Notes under the pieces: generated by a model | Seen by the model: the letters and a program-made list of their open reading frames with translations, nothing else | What the model was told of the DNA's origin: nothing | Database searches by the model: none | Translations under genes and position numbers: made by a program | Shown here: piece by piece, positions 12,526-25,551 of the stretch | Layout of the letters: the number at the start of each line of letters is the position of its first letter | Numbering within the stretch: the stretch's first letter is position 1 | NCBI RefSeq assembly: GCF_006345805.1 | Contig: NC_043006.1 | Location: forward strand, 70,060,001 to 70,124,000 | Source of the DNA: Octopus sinensis | Lineage: Eukaryota | DNA length: 64,000 nt | Direction of reading: 5' to 3'

Positions 12526-12526
<1 letters not shown>
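12378..12526 (+). mobile_element. SINE family 1 head
   Basis: ggctgtgtggtaagaac...gaagcccgtca then (TA)n. Confidence 0.75.
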
Positions 12527-12581
<55 letters not shown>

Positions 12582-12589
12582 ACTCCGTG

Positions 12590-12740
12590 TTTCACTGGTA
12601 CTTAATTTACCGACCCCGAAAGAATGAAAGGTAAAATCGACCTTGACGGTATTTGAACTCAGAACGTAAAGACAGACGAAATGCTGCTAAGCATTTTGCT
12701 TAATCATGTTAACGATTTTGACAGCTTACCGCCTTACATA
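12590..12740 (-). mobile_element. SINE family 2 partial copy
   Basis: ctggtacttaatttaccgaccccgaaag...gcttaccgccttac. Confidence 0.75.
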
Positions 12741-12883
12741 AGATAATATTAACGGTTTTGAGTGAGTCAAAGGGTGGAGTCTAATATTTCTTTGCTAATG
12801 TCTGGGGTAGCTAGCATGGCAGGTAAGGAAAGTCTTTTGGTTTTGAAGCCATTATGTAGTTTCTGTGTTAAGTTTTGTGAGTA

Positions 12884-13422
12884 CAGTGATTCCTCCTTTA
12901 TCGCGGTAGATTGGTTCCGAGACCGGTCGTCACTACTGAATTTCGCGAAGTAGGGACACCATATTTACAGTATTTATTTAACGTGTATTTGGAATTTTAA
13001 AACCTTCCCTGTCCTGTTAACAACCCACCCATTACAGTAGTATTTTAATAACAAGGACAACTGTTAAACAATACCATTTTAGATTTAAAAAAAAAAAAAG
13101 AAGTTGAAGTAAAATTTGAATGATGCTGGTGATGAATTTGCTGCGCAGTAGAAATGATGATGATGATGAAGCTGACGGCGGCGCCCTTTCCTGGGACACC
13201 TCTTCCACTTCTTCCGAAGATGCAACCGTAGTAATGGCAGTAGGAATTGGCTCCTTTTTTGCGAAGCTGCCAAAACATTGTGATAGGAAGTTGCTGCCGC
13301 TGCTTCTTTTTTCGTTCAAAGAGCAATGAAAAATGTTAGGTGTTCATATATATATATATATATATTTTTTAAAAATCCGTGAATCCGCGATAGTTGAACC
13401 GCGAAGTAGCGAGGGATCGCTG
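12884..13422. mobile_element. pogo/Tigger-type non-autonomous DNA transposon
   Basis: TIRs CAGTGATTCCTCCTTTATCGCGG / CCGCGAAGTAGCGAGGGATCGCTG; TA target duplication on both sides. Confidence 0.85.
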
Positions 13423-13679
13423 TACAGGGGTCCGAATCAATGTTACGATTTGGAAAGGTGGATGTGTAGATTAGTGAAGTCAGGGATTAAATTTTTGTGG
13501 AATTTTGAAGGTGTGTATTGTAAGGTGAAAGGTGTGTATGATGTTACTTCTTTTGAGCTAAAGAACTTTGATTTTGCGCAGCTTCCAGGTCTTGGAAATT
13601 TCAGTGTTGGCACATATAGCTGTGGATGTTGGTGAATGTAGTGATTCCATCAAGCCTTAAATATGTAAAGTGTTTGTGA

Positions 13680-14105
13680 GGCGGAAAGCTGGCAGAGTCA
13701 TTAGTACACCCAGAAAATGTTTAGCGGCATTATGTCCGACTTTATGGTCTGAGTTTCAAATTCTGCCCGGGTCGACTTTGCCTTTTATTGCTTCGGGGTC
13801 GATAAAAGAGTACCAGTTGACCACTGGGGTCAAGGTAATCGACTTAACTCGCTCCCCGAAATTGCTGGCCTTGTGCCAAAATTTGAACTTATTATTAACA
13901 TTACTAAGTCGGTTAGCACGCCGGACAAAGTGCTTTGAGACATTTCGTCCGTGTTTACGGTCTGAATTCAAATTCCATCGAGATCGACCTTGCTTTTCAA
14001 CGTTCGGGATTGATGAAATAGATACCAGTTGAACACTGAGGTCGATGTAATCTATTTAACCCACACTCCGAAACTGCAGGCTTTGTGCCAAAATTTGAAA
14101 CCAAT
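13680..14105 (+). mobile_element. Two tandem SINE family 2 copies
   Basis: ggaaagctggcagag...ccttgtgccaaaatttgaac and ...gctttgtgccaaaatttgaaacc. Confidence 0.8.
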
Positions 14106-14109
14106 ATTC

Positions 14110-14890
14110 TAGGTGTTTCTCTGTGATTCCATCTAACCCTGGAGTGTTTGTGATTTTTAGATTACGTTAATGTGTTTGCGCTGTCTGATCCAAGGGACTA
14201 TGGTTGTAGTTTAAGGGGAAAGGTGCGTATTTTTCGATTCGTGTCTGTGCCCTCTTTCTGTGATTCTTGCTGACTGATTTTCGAGAAATATCTGATAAGG
14301 GCGTTTACTTGATGCTGCAGGGTGTGTTTAATATTTCAGATTATTATTCTGATATTTGATGTTGTGTGGGCCTCGGTGATGTTGCTAATTAATGTTTGTT
14401 TTGTGGTTTATGTCGGATAAAAATGTTTTTCTCTGGTTTTATTCCTGGTGTGGTGTTACTTTCTTGTCGAGTTGTTTGATGTTGAGTTTTGTTTCCGTTG
14501 TGTGTGGTGCTGGGTGTGCTGTGGCGGTGCTTGACTGGTCCTCAAGGGATTGGTTATATTTGATGTGTAATTGGGATCGTATTTTTACATTGCATTATGG
14601 GATATATTGCTTGGATGTTTCTGTAATTATTTTGCTAAATTTTTCCATCGCAGTATCTCTATTGGTTAATTATGGTGTTGCTTCATTCTGAAAAACCTGG
14701 GTTCTCTTTCTTGATAGAATTATAATTCCATTGGACGTTTTTAAAGTTTGCGAATGTGTCTTTGTTATATTTATCTGTGAGCTGTTATGGTAATTAGTAA
14801 GTGATCTAGAGAATGATCTAGGAATTATTAATATAGTGATTGTAGCAGCGAAAAGATGATCCGTGGGGGACAGTTTTCCAAGATTGCCTA
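14110..14890 (-). pseudogene. Possible degraded LINE endonuclease-RT linker
   Basis: Minus translation SPTDHL...AMEKFSKIITETSKQYIP, weakly LINE-like; many stops. Confidence 0.3.
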
Positions 14891-14899
14891 GTAAGTATA

Positions 14900-15068
14900 G
14901 GCGCAGGAGTGGCTGTGTGGTAAGTAGCTTGCTAACCAACGTCATGGTTCCGGGTTCAGTCCACTGCGTGGCACCTTGGGCAAGTGTCTTCTGCTATAGC
15001 CCCGGCCGACCAATGCCTTGTGAGTGGATTTGGTAGACGGAAACTGAAAGAACCTGTCGTATATATAT

Positions 15069-15118
<50 letters not shown>

Positions 15119-15358
15119 GTGTGTGTTGTGTGTGTGTTTGTGTGTCTGTGTTTGTCCCCCTAGCATTGCTTGACAACCGATGTTGGTGTGTTTACGTCCC
15201 CGTCACTTAGCGGTTCGGCAAAAAGAGCCGATAGATAAGTACTGGCTTACAAAGAATAAGTCCCGGGGTCGATTTGTTCGACTAAAAGCGGTGCTCCAGC
15301 ATGTCCGCAGTCAAATGACTGAAACAAGTAAAAGAGTAAAAGAGAAAGAGTAAAGAGA
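14900..15358 (+). mobile_element. SINE family 1 full length
   Basis: ggcgcaggagtggctgtgtggtaag...(TA)n(TG)n...gactgaaacaagtaaaagagtaaaagag. Confidence 0.9.
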
Positions 15359-15562
15359 ATGATCGTATGGGTTGTTTTGGATGTAGGGGGAGTTCGGACT
15401 TGAGACAATCACGTGATTTCTTTTCTGATCTGTGATATTTGATAAGTAGGGAAGTTGAGTAGTATATCGAAGTTATGTTTCTCTTCGGTGCTTCTAGCTG
15501 TGTTACTACTGAGTTGTGTAGTTTGCTTTGAATAGCTTGGTAAGACAGATGACGAAGTCACC

Positions 15563-15757
15563 GTGGTAAGAAGCTTGCTTTCCCAACTGCATGGTTCCGG
15601 GTTCAATCCCACTAAGTGGAAACTTGGACAAGTATCGCCTACTACAGCCTCGGGCCGGACCAAAACCTTGTGAGTGGATTTGGTAGACGGAACCTAAAAG
15701 AAGCCCGTCGTATATGTATATATATATATATACATATATATATACACAGACACACAT

Positions 15758-15813
<56 letters not shown>

Positions 15814-16037
15814 GTGTATGTATGTATTTATGTATATATATGCGTATATCTGTGTGGTTGTCCCCACCACCGCTTGACAACAGGTATTGGTGTGCTTATA
15901 TCCTGTAACTTAGCAGTTCGGCTAAAGACCCGATAGAATAAGTTACCCGGCTTTAAAGAAAATAACTTGGGTCGATTTATTAAACTAATATTCCTCAAGG
16001 CGGTGCTGCAGCATGGCCGCAGTCTAATAACTGGAAC
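15563..16037 (+). mobile_element. SINE family 1, diverged
   Basis: Head, internal microsatellite and tail all recognisable. Confidence 0.8.
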
Positions 16038-16060
16038 AAGTAAAAGAAGAAAAAGAAATA

Positions 16061-16094
<34 letters not shown>

Positions 16095-16289
16095 TATGAC
16101 TGCGTCCATGCTGGAACGCCGCCTTAAAGGGTTTTAATCGAAGAATCGACACCAAGACTTATTCTTTGTAAGCCTGGTACTTATCCTATCGGTTCTCTTG
16201 TGTCGATCCGCTATGTTAGGATAAAACACACCAACATCGGTTGTCAAGTGATGGTGGGTAGGAAATTGGAACAAAACACAGATACATAT

Positions 16290-16372
<83 letters not shown>

Positions 16373-16543
16373 CATACATACATATACGACGGGCTTGTTT
16401 CAGTTTCCGTCAACCAAATCCACTCACAGACTTTAGTTGGTCCGAGGCTATAGTACAAGAAACTGACCCAAGGTGCTACTCAATGGGACCGAACTCGGAA
16501 CCATGTAGCTGGGAAGCATGCCTTTTACTACCCAAACACGCCT

Positions 16544-16545
<2 letters not shown>
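16095..16545 (-). mobile_element. SINE family 1, diverged
   Basis: Reverse-complement tail, (CA)(TA) tract and head. Confidence 0.8.
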
Positions 16546-16582
<37 letters not shown>

Positions 16583-16854
16583 TGTGTGTGTGTGTGGTGT
16601 GTGTGTGTGGTGTGTGTGTGTGTGTATACATGATGAATATGGTACTTAAGTTGAGGATATACAAGGGATTTGATAAACTAGTCTATAAATTAAAATTGAC
16701 CCCATAAGAATGTATATCTTCTGAAAACTTAGTAAATTCTATACTGGAGTGAGACAGCATGTTCTTTGTCTTTCCCTTTAACTCCTTGGAGATTTTAGGT
16801 ATAATTATACTAATATGTACATCTGTTTTAATTTAATTAAAATCTATGTCTTTG

Positions 16855-16941
16855 TGCAGCTGAAGATTGCTCTGCATTTTAAACTGATGTAATGATTGCA
16901 TTGTTCAATTAAATGGAGTTGCATGAAACGATCGTACTGTA
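16855..16941 (+). ncRNA. Type I hammerhead ribozyme (family G)
   Basis: UGCAG-CUGAAGA-[long stem II]-GAAAC-GAUC-GUA|CUGUA; stem I 5-6 bp; palindromic stem III ACGAUCGU; 10.1/11.1 is a U-U mismatch. Confidence 0.75.
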
Positions 16942-16991
16942 TTGCCTCTGGATATCCTTGTTGCTTATTTTGATACATATGATTGATATAT

Positions 16992-17046
<55 letters not shown>

Positions 17047-17050
17047 GTCC

Positions 17051-17087
17051 ATTTCTGTAGAAGAGCGTAGGCTCGAAACGTAAAGAC
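17051..17087 (+). ncRNA. Hammerhead-like motif family B (A6U core variant)
   Basis: AUUU-CUGUAGA-A-GAGC GUAG GCUC-GAAAC-GUA|AAGA. Confidence 0.55.
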
Positions 17088-17205
17088 CTTTTTCTATTCC
17101 CGAGCGTTATACTAATACATCTGTTTGCTTTGTACACCACCTATCTTCGTCTTTTGTTCTTTATATATATATATATATATAATCTATATATATTATATAT
17201 ATATA

Positions 17206-17239
<34 letters not shown>

Positions 17240-17432
17240 CTTTTAAATTTGTTACGGGAAACGCTTTGAAATGCAAATAAAGCTCCTATTCTTCTATTAT
17301 CCCAGCCCCAGTCTAATATGATGTTGTTTTTCGGGATTGCATCGAGCGCTTGTGGAAACGCGCGTAGCGATCCATAAAATGCTTATAAATTCCACCCAAA
17401 GATTATCGTGATTATTACTATACACACACACA

Positions 17433-17477
<45 letters not shown>

Positions 17478-17892
17478 CACACAGACAGACACACAGTATA
17501 TATACATATATGCAGCACTGATTCTTAAATATATTCCGTGCGGACCTATAACGTCAGATAGTGAAACAATAATGCTATTTCCTGTTCGTTATTCTTCCAG
17601 TAAAATCGTGTCATTTTCTTTTCGTTTTTCTTTTCTTAGTTTTGTTTATTTTTTTTTTTATTCTTGAAATATTTATAACATTTTTTGGTAATGCTTGTGT
17701 GAGTATCTTGTAAACTTTACCAGACACTGACCTTTTTTCTGTATGTTTTAGATCCGCCTTACGGCGTCCGTCCGTGTTAGAAGATATAATTCTGCATGTC
17801 CAGAGCTTGTCATTAGATGACTTTTCCAGTCACGAATATCTCACTCAGTCTCTTTCTACCCTATTACTTTCACTGTTGGTTTATTCTGTGTA

Positions 17893-18055
17893 GGCGCAGA
17901 CGGGGCCGTGTGGTAAGAACTTTGCTTTCCAACCACATGGTTCCAAGTTCAGTCCCTCTACGTGACCTGTTGGGCGAGTGTCTTCTACTATAGCCTCGGG
18001 CAACCAAAGCCTTGTGGGTAGGATTTGGTAGACAGAAACTGAAAGAAGCCCCTCA
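17893..18055 (+). mobile_element. SINE family 1 head
   Basis: ggcgcagacggggccgtgtggtaag...gaagcccctca(TA)n. Confidence 0.8.
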
Positions 18056-18074
18056 TATATATATATATATATAT

Positions 18075-18120
<46 letters not shown>

Positions 18121-18123
<3 letters not shown>

Positions 18124-18400
18124 CAGTATAAACCCGGCCTTACCCGGGATTAAGTACGATTATTAAGCTAATCAAGTTATTTATTTCGAACCAAATTAAA
18201 CCCTTTTTGTGGTTTTTTGATTATTTCAAATCGTTCATCTTTCTCCCCATTCTCTTTCTCACCGGACCGCGAGTCATCAGCTGCCGGTACACGGCAAGTT
18301 TCCAGAAAAGAAAGAGACATTATAAAATACTTATAAAATACTTATGTAATATTGTATTATATGTTTACAAAATGAATATACGATAAAAAAAAATTGTCAG
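18121..18400 (-). mobile_element. Possible non-autonomous Helitron 3' portion
   Basis: agcagtataaacccggccttacccggg resembles the reverse complement of the Helitron end (ctagcagtatcgcccggc...cggg); abuts (TA)n; CTAG degraded; inner boundary uncertain. Confidence 0.45.
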
Positions 18401-18462
18401 CTTTTATTATATTCATTATATATGTATTGTTTGCGGTTATCAATTAATATTACTAAGAAATA

Positions 18463-19055
18463 AGGTGGTGAGCTGGCAGAACCGTTAGCACGCCGAGCGA
18501 AATGCTTAGTGGTATTTCGTCTGCCGTCACGTTCTGACTTCAAATTCCGCCGAGGTCGACTTTGCCTTTCATCCTTCCGGGGTCGACAAATTAAGTACCA
18601 GTTACGCACTGGGGATCGATGTAATCGACTTAATCCGTTTGTATGTCCTTCTTTGTCCCCTCTATGTGTAGCCCCTTGTGGGTAGTAAAGAAATAGGTAT
18701 TTCGTCTGCCGTTACGTTCTGAGTTCAAATTCCGCCGAGGTCGACTTTACCTTTCATCCTTTCAGGGTCGATTAAATAAGTACCAGTTACGCACTGGGGT
18801 CGATGTAATCGACTTAATCCGTTTGTCTGTCCTTGTTTGTCCTCTCTGTGTTTAGCCCCTTGTGGGTAGTAAAGAAATAGAAATAGGTATTTCGTTTGTC
18901 TTAGCGTTCTAAGTTCAATTACCCCCGAAGTCGATTTTTGCCTGTCATCCTTTCGTGGTCGATAAATTAAGTATCAGTTGAGTACTGGGATCGATCTAAT
19001 TGACTGGAACCCTCCCCCAAAATTTCCAGCCTTGTGCCTAGTGTAGAAAAGAATA
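18463..19055 (+). mobile_element. SINE family 2 trimer: head-(core+tailA)x2-core+tailB
   Basis: Three cores joined at aaagaaata|ggtatttcgt; ends ccttgtgcctagtgtagaaaagaatatt. Confidence 0.9.
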
Positions 19056-20139
19056 TTACTAAGAAATATTACTGATTCCTGGCACATTGGGAAATAAATC
19101 TACCGGTACCCCACATCAGATATTATGTGAAGCACTGCTGTACAGGTCCCTTTTAACGGCATCAAATACTTCCAGGCAAATCAAAGCCCTAGGCCCTACA
19201 GTATTTATCTATTGGCAGCAACCCACAGTATACAGAGAACGGGATCACTAGACCTGTGGAGCCCCAGGGTAACTGCCAGTGTGCCAAACCTGACAACGCG
19301 TTAAGGACTTCCTTGCCCTATGGCTGTTATTTCTTGTAGGCTCATATTTTATTCTCGTTATTTTAGGCTCGTTATTACTTTTTAAGTGTAGTGATTTTGT
19401 CGTTGCTTAACTCAAGTCAGTGTTGATTCTGCCGACCTTCTCATCCGTGACCATCTCGTCATTTCAAACATAATTCTTCTAATATTCTAATATATCAACC
19501 AGTGCAGTATAGTGCAATGTATGTAGTGGTACCAATTTATACTGTTCAATTTATACTGTTCTGTAGTACAACATGTGGAAGCGCGTGGCTTAGTGGTTAG
19601 GGGTGTTGCACTCATGATCGCAAGATTGTAGTTTCTATTCCCAGACAGGGTGACGCGTTATGTTCTTGAGCAAAGTACTTTATTTCACGTTGATCTAATC
19701 CTCTTCGCTAGCAAAATTGATACTAATCTTTCGATGGCTCCGCGTCCCGTCAAGGCTGGAGTGGAATGTATACCTCACTGAACCCGAAAATCCGGCCTTA
19801 TGAGCCAGAGGCTTAGGAAGGGACCTTTTTCTCTATTCTTTCTTTTTTTTTTTTGTAAGACAGCATAGTGTAACACAATGTACGATAGTATAGTGCAGTG
19901 CCCCTCAACCTTTTTTCACTTGCGTTACAGTTATATTCTTTTGAAATTCAGCGGTACATCTGAACTACAAATATAACTAAAAGTATAGGGGGAAAAATTA
20001 TATTCAGGTTACACTGCGGCACACATCGTCTGCGGCACAGCATCGTCTCATGGCACGCCAGTGTGCCGCAGCATACCAGTTGCAGAGCTCTGGTATAGTG
20101 CAATGTAGTATTGGGTATAGTATACACTGTAGTGAAGTG

Positions 20140-20502
20140 TGTGGAGGCGCAATGGCCCAGTGGTTAGGGCAGCAGGCTCGCATCGTGAGATCGCGGTTTC
20201 GATTCCCAGACCGGGTGTTGAGAGTGTTTATTGAGCGAAAATATCTAAATTTCCACGAGGCTCCGGCAGGGGATGGTAGCGAGCTCAGCTGTACTCTTTC
20301 ACCACAATTTTTCCTGTTTCTGTTGTACCTGTATTTCAAAGGACCAGCCTTGTCACACTCTGTGTCACACTGACTCTCCTCAAGAACTATGTTATGGGTA
20401 CACGTGTCTGTGGATTGCTCAGCCACTTGCACGTTAATTTCACGAGCAGGCTGTTCCGTTGATCGGATCAACTGGAACCCTCGTCATAACCGATGGAGTG
20501 TC
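20140..20502 (+). mobile_element. SINE family 3 full length
   Basis: Highly similar to 7875-8257. Confidence 0.85.
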
Positions 20503-20674
20503 ATGACGAGTAATGGTATAGATTGTAGTATTGTAATAGTATAGTTCCAATATCGTAATACATCACATAGATGTCAGTTTGTACTACATTGAAGGAAAAC
20601 AGTATAGTACAGTGTATACAGTGGTACCACTACCCACCATACATCAACTCCAACGTACCCCAACACGAATTAGT

Positions 20675-21040
20675 TTGTCTCTTTACTTTCAGGGAAGGGG
20701 GCCAGTCGATTAGATAGATCCCAGTACGCAACTGATACTTAATTTATCGATCCCCGATGGATGAAAGGCAAAGTCGACCTCGGCGGAATTCGAACTCAAA
20801 ACGTAGCGACAGACGAAATACCTATTTCGTTACTACCCTCAAGGGGCTAGAGTTGACAAACAATGACAGACAAACGGATTAAGTCGATTATGTCAACCCC
20901 AGTGCGTAACTGGTATTTATTTAATCGACCCCGAAAGGATGAAAGGCAAAGTCGACCTCGGCGGAATTGAACTCTGAACGTAAGGGCAGACGAAATACGG
21001 CTACGCATTTCGCTCGCCGTGCTAACGTTTCTGCCAGCTC
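20675..21040 (-). mobile_element. SINE family 2 dimer
   Basis: Two cores, junction gacgaaatacctatttcgttactacc. Confidence 0.85.
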
Positions 21041-21089
21041 TTATTGGAGTCCATCCTTTTGGCACCACGTGGAGGAGACATTAACATTG

Positions 21090-22654
21090 CCAGACCGATA
21101 GAGGCGGTGGTGGTGATGGTGGTGGTGGTGGTGGTGGTGGTGTTGGTGACGGTGGTAATGTTGGTAGTGATAGCGGTGGTGGTGGTGGTGGTGTACGTGA
21201 TGGTGGTGGTACTTATGAGTTTGGTGCCATTGTTGCAGTTACTGTTGTTGTCGTCGTTGTTGTTGTTGTTGTTCTTCTTCTTCTTGTTTTGAGGCGATGA
21301 TGATGGTGGTCGTCGTCGTCTTAGTAGTAGCAGTAGTAGTTGTAGTAGTAGTAGTAGTAGGGTAACAGCAGCAGCAGCAGCAGCAAGCAGCAGCCGTGCT
21401 GTTGCTGTTGCTGTTGTTGTTGTTGACAGTGCTGGTGGTGCTGCTAGCGGCGGAGGCGACGGCGATGGTGATGGTAATATGCTTGCGTCTGCGAGAATGT
21501 GTGATCATGTGAATGTCTATGAAGACACAGGAATGCGTGTATGTGTGTGTGTATGTGTGTATGTGTGTATGGTTATGTATGGGAATTGTGTGTGAATGTG
21601 CGTATGCGTCTGAACGGGTACGTGTATGTGCATATTTCTATAAATGTAATTATCTGCATGCGTTTGCATCTGTGTGTATTCCTCTGTGTATGCACGTGTG
21701 TCAGTATATGGTAGTGTGTCAGCGCGTGTGTGCATGTATATATATATACATATGAGCGTCTCAGTGTGTGTGTGTGTGCGTGTGTCAGTGTAAGTCTGTT
21801 AGTGTATTGTGTTGTGTGTGTGTATGTGTGTGTAAGTCTGTCAGCGTGTGTGCGTGCATATATGTCAGAGTGTGTATGTCTGTCAGTGTGTGTGTGAGTG
21901 TAAGTCTATTAGTGTGTGTGTGCGTTGTGTGTTTGTATGTGTGTGTAAGTCTGCCAGTGTGTGTGTGAGTGTGCATGTTTGTCAGAGTGTGTGTGCATGT
22001 CTGTTAGTGTGGGTGTGTGTGTGAGTGTAAGTCTGTTAGTGTGTATGCGTTGTGTGCAAGTCTGTCAGAGTGTGTGTATAAGTCTGTCAGTGTGTGTGTG
22101 TGTGTGTGTGTCTATGTAAGTGCCAGTGTGTGTGTGTGTATATGTGTATGTGTGTGCATATGTGTATGTGTGTGCATATGTGTGTCTGTGTACAAACAAC
22201 AATTGTTACAGCTGCAATGAAATGCACAGGTGCCCCACGGCTAATGCACAAGTGTCAGTTCTCAAATTGCAGTGACAGACTGGAATGTCAGACCCCCTTC
22301 ACCACCCCACCACCCAGAATCTGCCACAACAGCAACAATGCCTCCCCTACCCCCCAACACCATCATCAACGTAACACACCACCACGTCACTACAACCGCA
22401 TCCCCACCGCTAATATTTCTACCACCTCCACCACCACCACAATTACAGCCATTAACGAAATCACTTCCATCATCCCGTCATTACTGTTGTTATCTCCATC
22501 GTCGTCATCGTCGTCATCATCATCATCATCATCATCATCTTGGCCATCATCATCGTCATCATCATCATCATGGCCATCATCATCGTCGTCGTCATCATCA
22601 TCATCATCATCATCATAATCATCATCATCATCATCATGGGCATCATCATCGTCG

Positions 22655-22697
<43 letters not shown>

Positions 22698-22862
22698 GGC
22701 CATCATCATCGTCGTCGTCATCAACATCACATCATCTCATCATGGCCATCATCATCGTCGTCATCATCATCATCATCATTATCATCATCATCATCATCAT
22801 GGCCATCATCATCGTCGTCGTCATCATCATCATCATCATCATGGCCATCATCATCGTCGTCG

Positions 22863-22893
<31 letters not shown>

Positions 22894-23261
22894 GGCCATC
22901 ATCGTCATCATCATCAACGTCGTCGTCATCGTCGGCGGCGTCGTCGTTGGCGAACTCGTGGCCATCGCCATCATCATCACCTTCACTACCAGCACCATCA
23001 CCACCGCAATCATCATCGCTCACTACTACCCCCCCACCCACCAAAAAAACAGCAGCAGCAATCTTACCGTCACCACCACCACCACCACCACCACCACCGC
23101 CACCATCGCCATCACTCTTATCTTCATCACCTCCACCATCGCCCATATCACTATCTGAGAAACCATATATATATATATGTATATATATATATGTCTGTAT
23201 GTATTTATGTATATGTACACGTATGTATGTAGGACGTGAATACATGTGTGTGTGTATATAA

Positions 23262-23290
<29 letters not shown>
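21090..23290. repeat. Low-complexity field: (GGT), (GTA), (CAG), (TG), (CAT), (CAC), (TA)
   Basis: Directly visible. Confidence 0.9.
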
Positions 23291-23295
<5 letters not shown>

Positions 23296-23470
23296 CGTAT
23301 GTGTTTATCTTATTATTGTGGTTGGTTTGATTGTTGTTGTTATTGTTGTTAATCGGTAGAGGTTACAGAGTTTCTAAATGGCCGAGAGTTTCGCCCGTTG
23401 GCACTTTTTCAGTGGTGTTTTCTTCCTGTTCGTGTTGCTTAGCTTATAAGTGTGTGTGTGGTGTGTGTGT

Positions 23471-23508
<38 letters not shown>

Positions 23509-23648
23509 GTGCGTGCGTGTGTGTGTGTTGCTCGTGTGTGTCTGTGTGTGTCGTGCGTGTGTAGAATGATGTGTATGTATATATGTATATTATATATATG
23601 TATATAAATATATATATGTATGTATACACAAATACATATATGTGTTCG

Positions 23649-23681
<33 letters not shown>

Positions 23682-24397
23682 GATATACATATATATGGAG
23701 GTATGTACATATATGTATGTATATATGCATATATTATATATTATTTATATTATTATTATATATATATATAAATATACATATATACATATATATGTATGCA
23801 CGTATACATGTATGTATGTATGTATGTAGTATGTATGTGCGTATGTATGTACGTATGTATGTATGTATGTATGTATGTATGTATGCATTCATGTATGTAT
23901 GTATGTATGTATGTATGTATGTATGCATTCATGTATGTATGTATGTATGCATTCATGTATGTATGTACGTATGTATGTATGTATGTATGTATGCATATGA
24001 GTACTTTCACCGTGGGATGACTACTTCATATGAAAGGAAAGCACATGAAACAGAACAGAACATGAATCTCACTCCCCATCTAAACCTCAAACACATAAAA
24101 TATATTAGAATTGGCTCCAGAATGAATAAAAAACAAAATTCCTCGTTGACATGAAACTGTAAACAAACAAGCAAAGCACAGAACGCACATCATACAAGCC
24201 ATGTAATATATAAATCTTATTGTAATGTTCTGCGTCAATCTGTTTGTTTGATCGGTTACACAATCCGGAGACATTCTCGTCGGTTCAACACTTCTAACAA
24301 GGAAACATAACGGTATATTACAAAGCAGTTCACGAAACATTACAAGATAGCAAAAAAAAAAAAAACGTTAGTAGATACGATAATATGTTATTGTATA

Positions 24398-25012
24398 AAG
24401 GCGGTGAGCTGGCAGAAAATTTAGCACCCCGGGGGAAATGCTTATCGGTATTTCGTCTGCCTCAACGTTCTGAGTTCAAATTCCGTCGACTTTGCCTTTC
24501 ATCTTTTCCGGGTCGATAAATTAAGTACCAGTTACGCACTATGGTCGATGTAATCCACTTAATTCGTTTGTCGGTCCTTGTTTGTCCTCTTTGTGTCTAG
24601 CCTCTTGCGGGTAGTAAAGAAATAGGTATTTCGTCAGTCTTTACGTTCTGAGTTCAAATTCCGCCGAGGTCGACTTTACCTTTCTTCCTTTCGGGGTCGA
24701 TAAATTAAATACCAGTTGCCTACTGGGGTCGACTAATCGACTGGACCCCTTCTCAAAAATTTCAGGCCTTGTGCCTAGAGTAGAAAAGATTATTTATGGT
24801 GGTGAGCTGGCAGAAACGTTAGCACGCCGGGCGAAATGCTTAGCAGTAATTCGTCTGTTTTTACTCTCTGAGTTCATATTCCGCCGAAGTCGACTTTGCC
24901 TTTCATCCTTTCGGGGTCGATAAATTAAGTACCAGTTGCATACTGCGGTCGATCTAATCGACTGGCTCCTGTTCCAAAATTTCGGTCCTTATGCCTAGAG
25001 TAGAAAAGAATA
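24398..25012 (+). mobile_element. SINE family 2 dimer followed by a monomer
   Basis: aaggcggtgagctggcagaa heads at ~24398 and ~24797; tails ...cctagagtagaaaaga. Confidence 0.9.
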
Positions 25013-25551
25013 TGTAATTGTGAAGACGTGTGGCTTATTGTTGCATTCATGATCATAAAATCGTGGGTTCGGATCCTAGACCGGGTGGTGCATTATGTTC
25101 TTGAGTAAAACGCTTTGTTTCACGTTGCTTTAGTTCACTCAGCTGGCAAAAATGAGTAATCTGTGGATTTACCCAGGGTAACGTGAAGTATATATGCCAT
25201 AGAATAAGGGAAACTGGCCTATTACACACTGGCTCGAGACAGACTTTTGATCAATCTTTTTTTTAATACAGCATTCCACGAAGAAAACTAGAAGAAAAAA
25301 TATGGAAGCTTTTTAATATCAAAATAGAAAACAAAAATCAGGATACATATAGAACACAAGTTAGATAAACTATGAACAAAATTGGGGGTTGACCTTAAGA
25401 CGTTAAATCCGACGATGATGATTTTATCACTTACAATATTATTCCTTTAACGCTGTAATGCCTCATACAAAACGTGGATCAATGAATTGTTTTTAGTGCT
25501 ATCGTGTGCGTGTACGTACATTTTTTTCTCTCCTTGTTTTTTTCTGTGTCC

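Noticed and set aside
18230-18290. Minus CUGAUGA-CUCGC..GUGAG-AGAAAG
   Set aside because: No stem III or NUH site; lies in Helitron-like sequence
23375-23420. Minus CUGAAAA..GCC AAC GGGC-GAAAC
   Set aside because: G8 is mutated and there is no stem I/III or NUH site
9424-25012. SINE 2 unit arrays as CRISPR-like or ribozyme arrays
   Set aside because: Units are ~190-nt SINE bodies without unique spacers, and no ribozyme core was found in them
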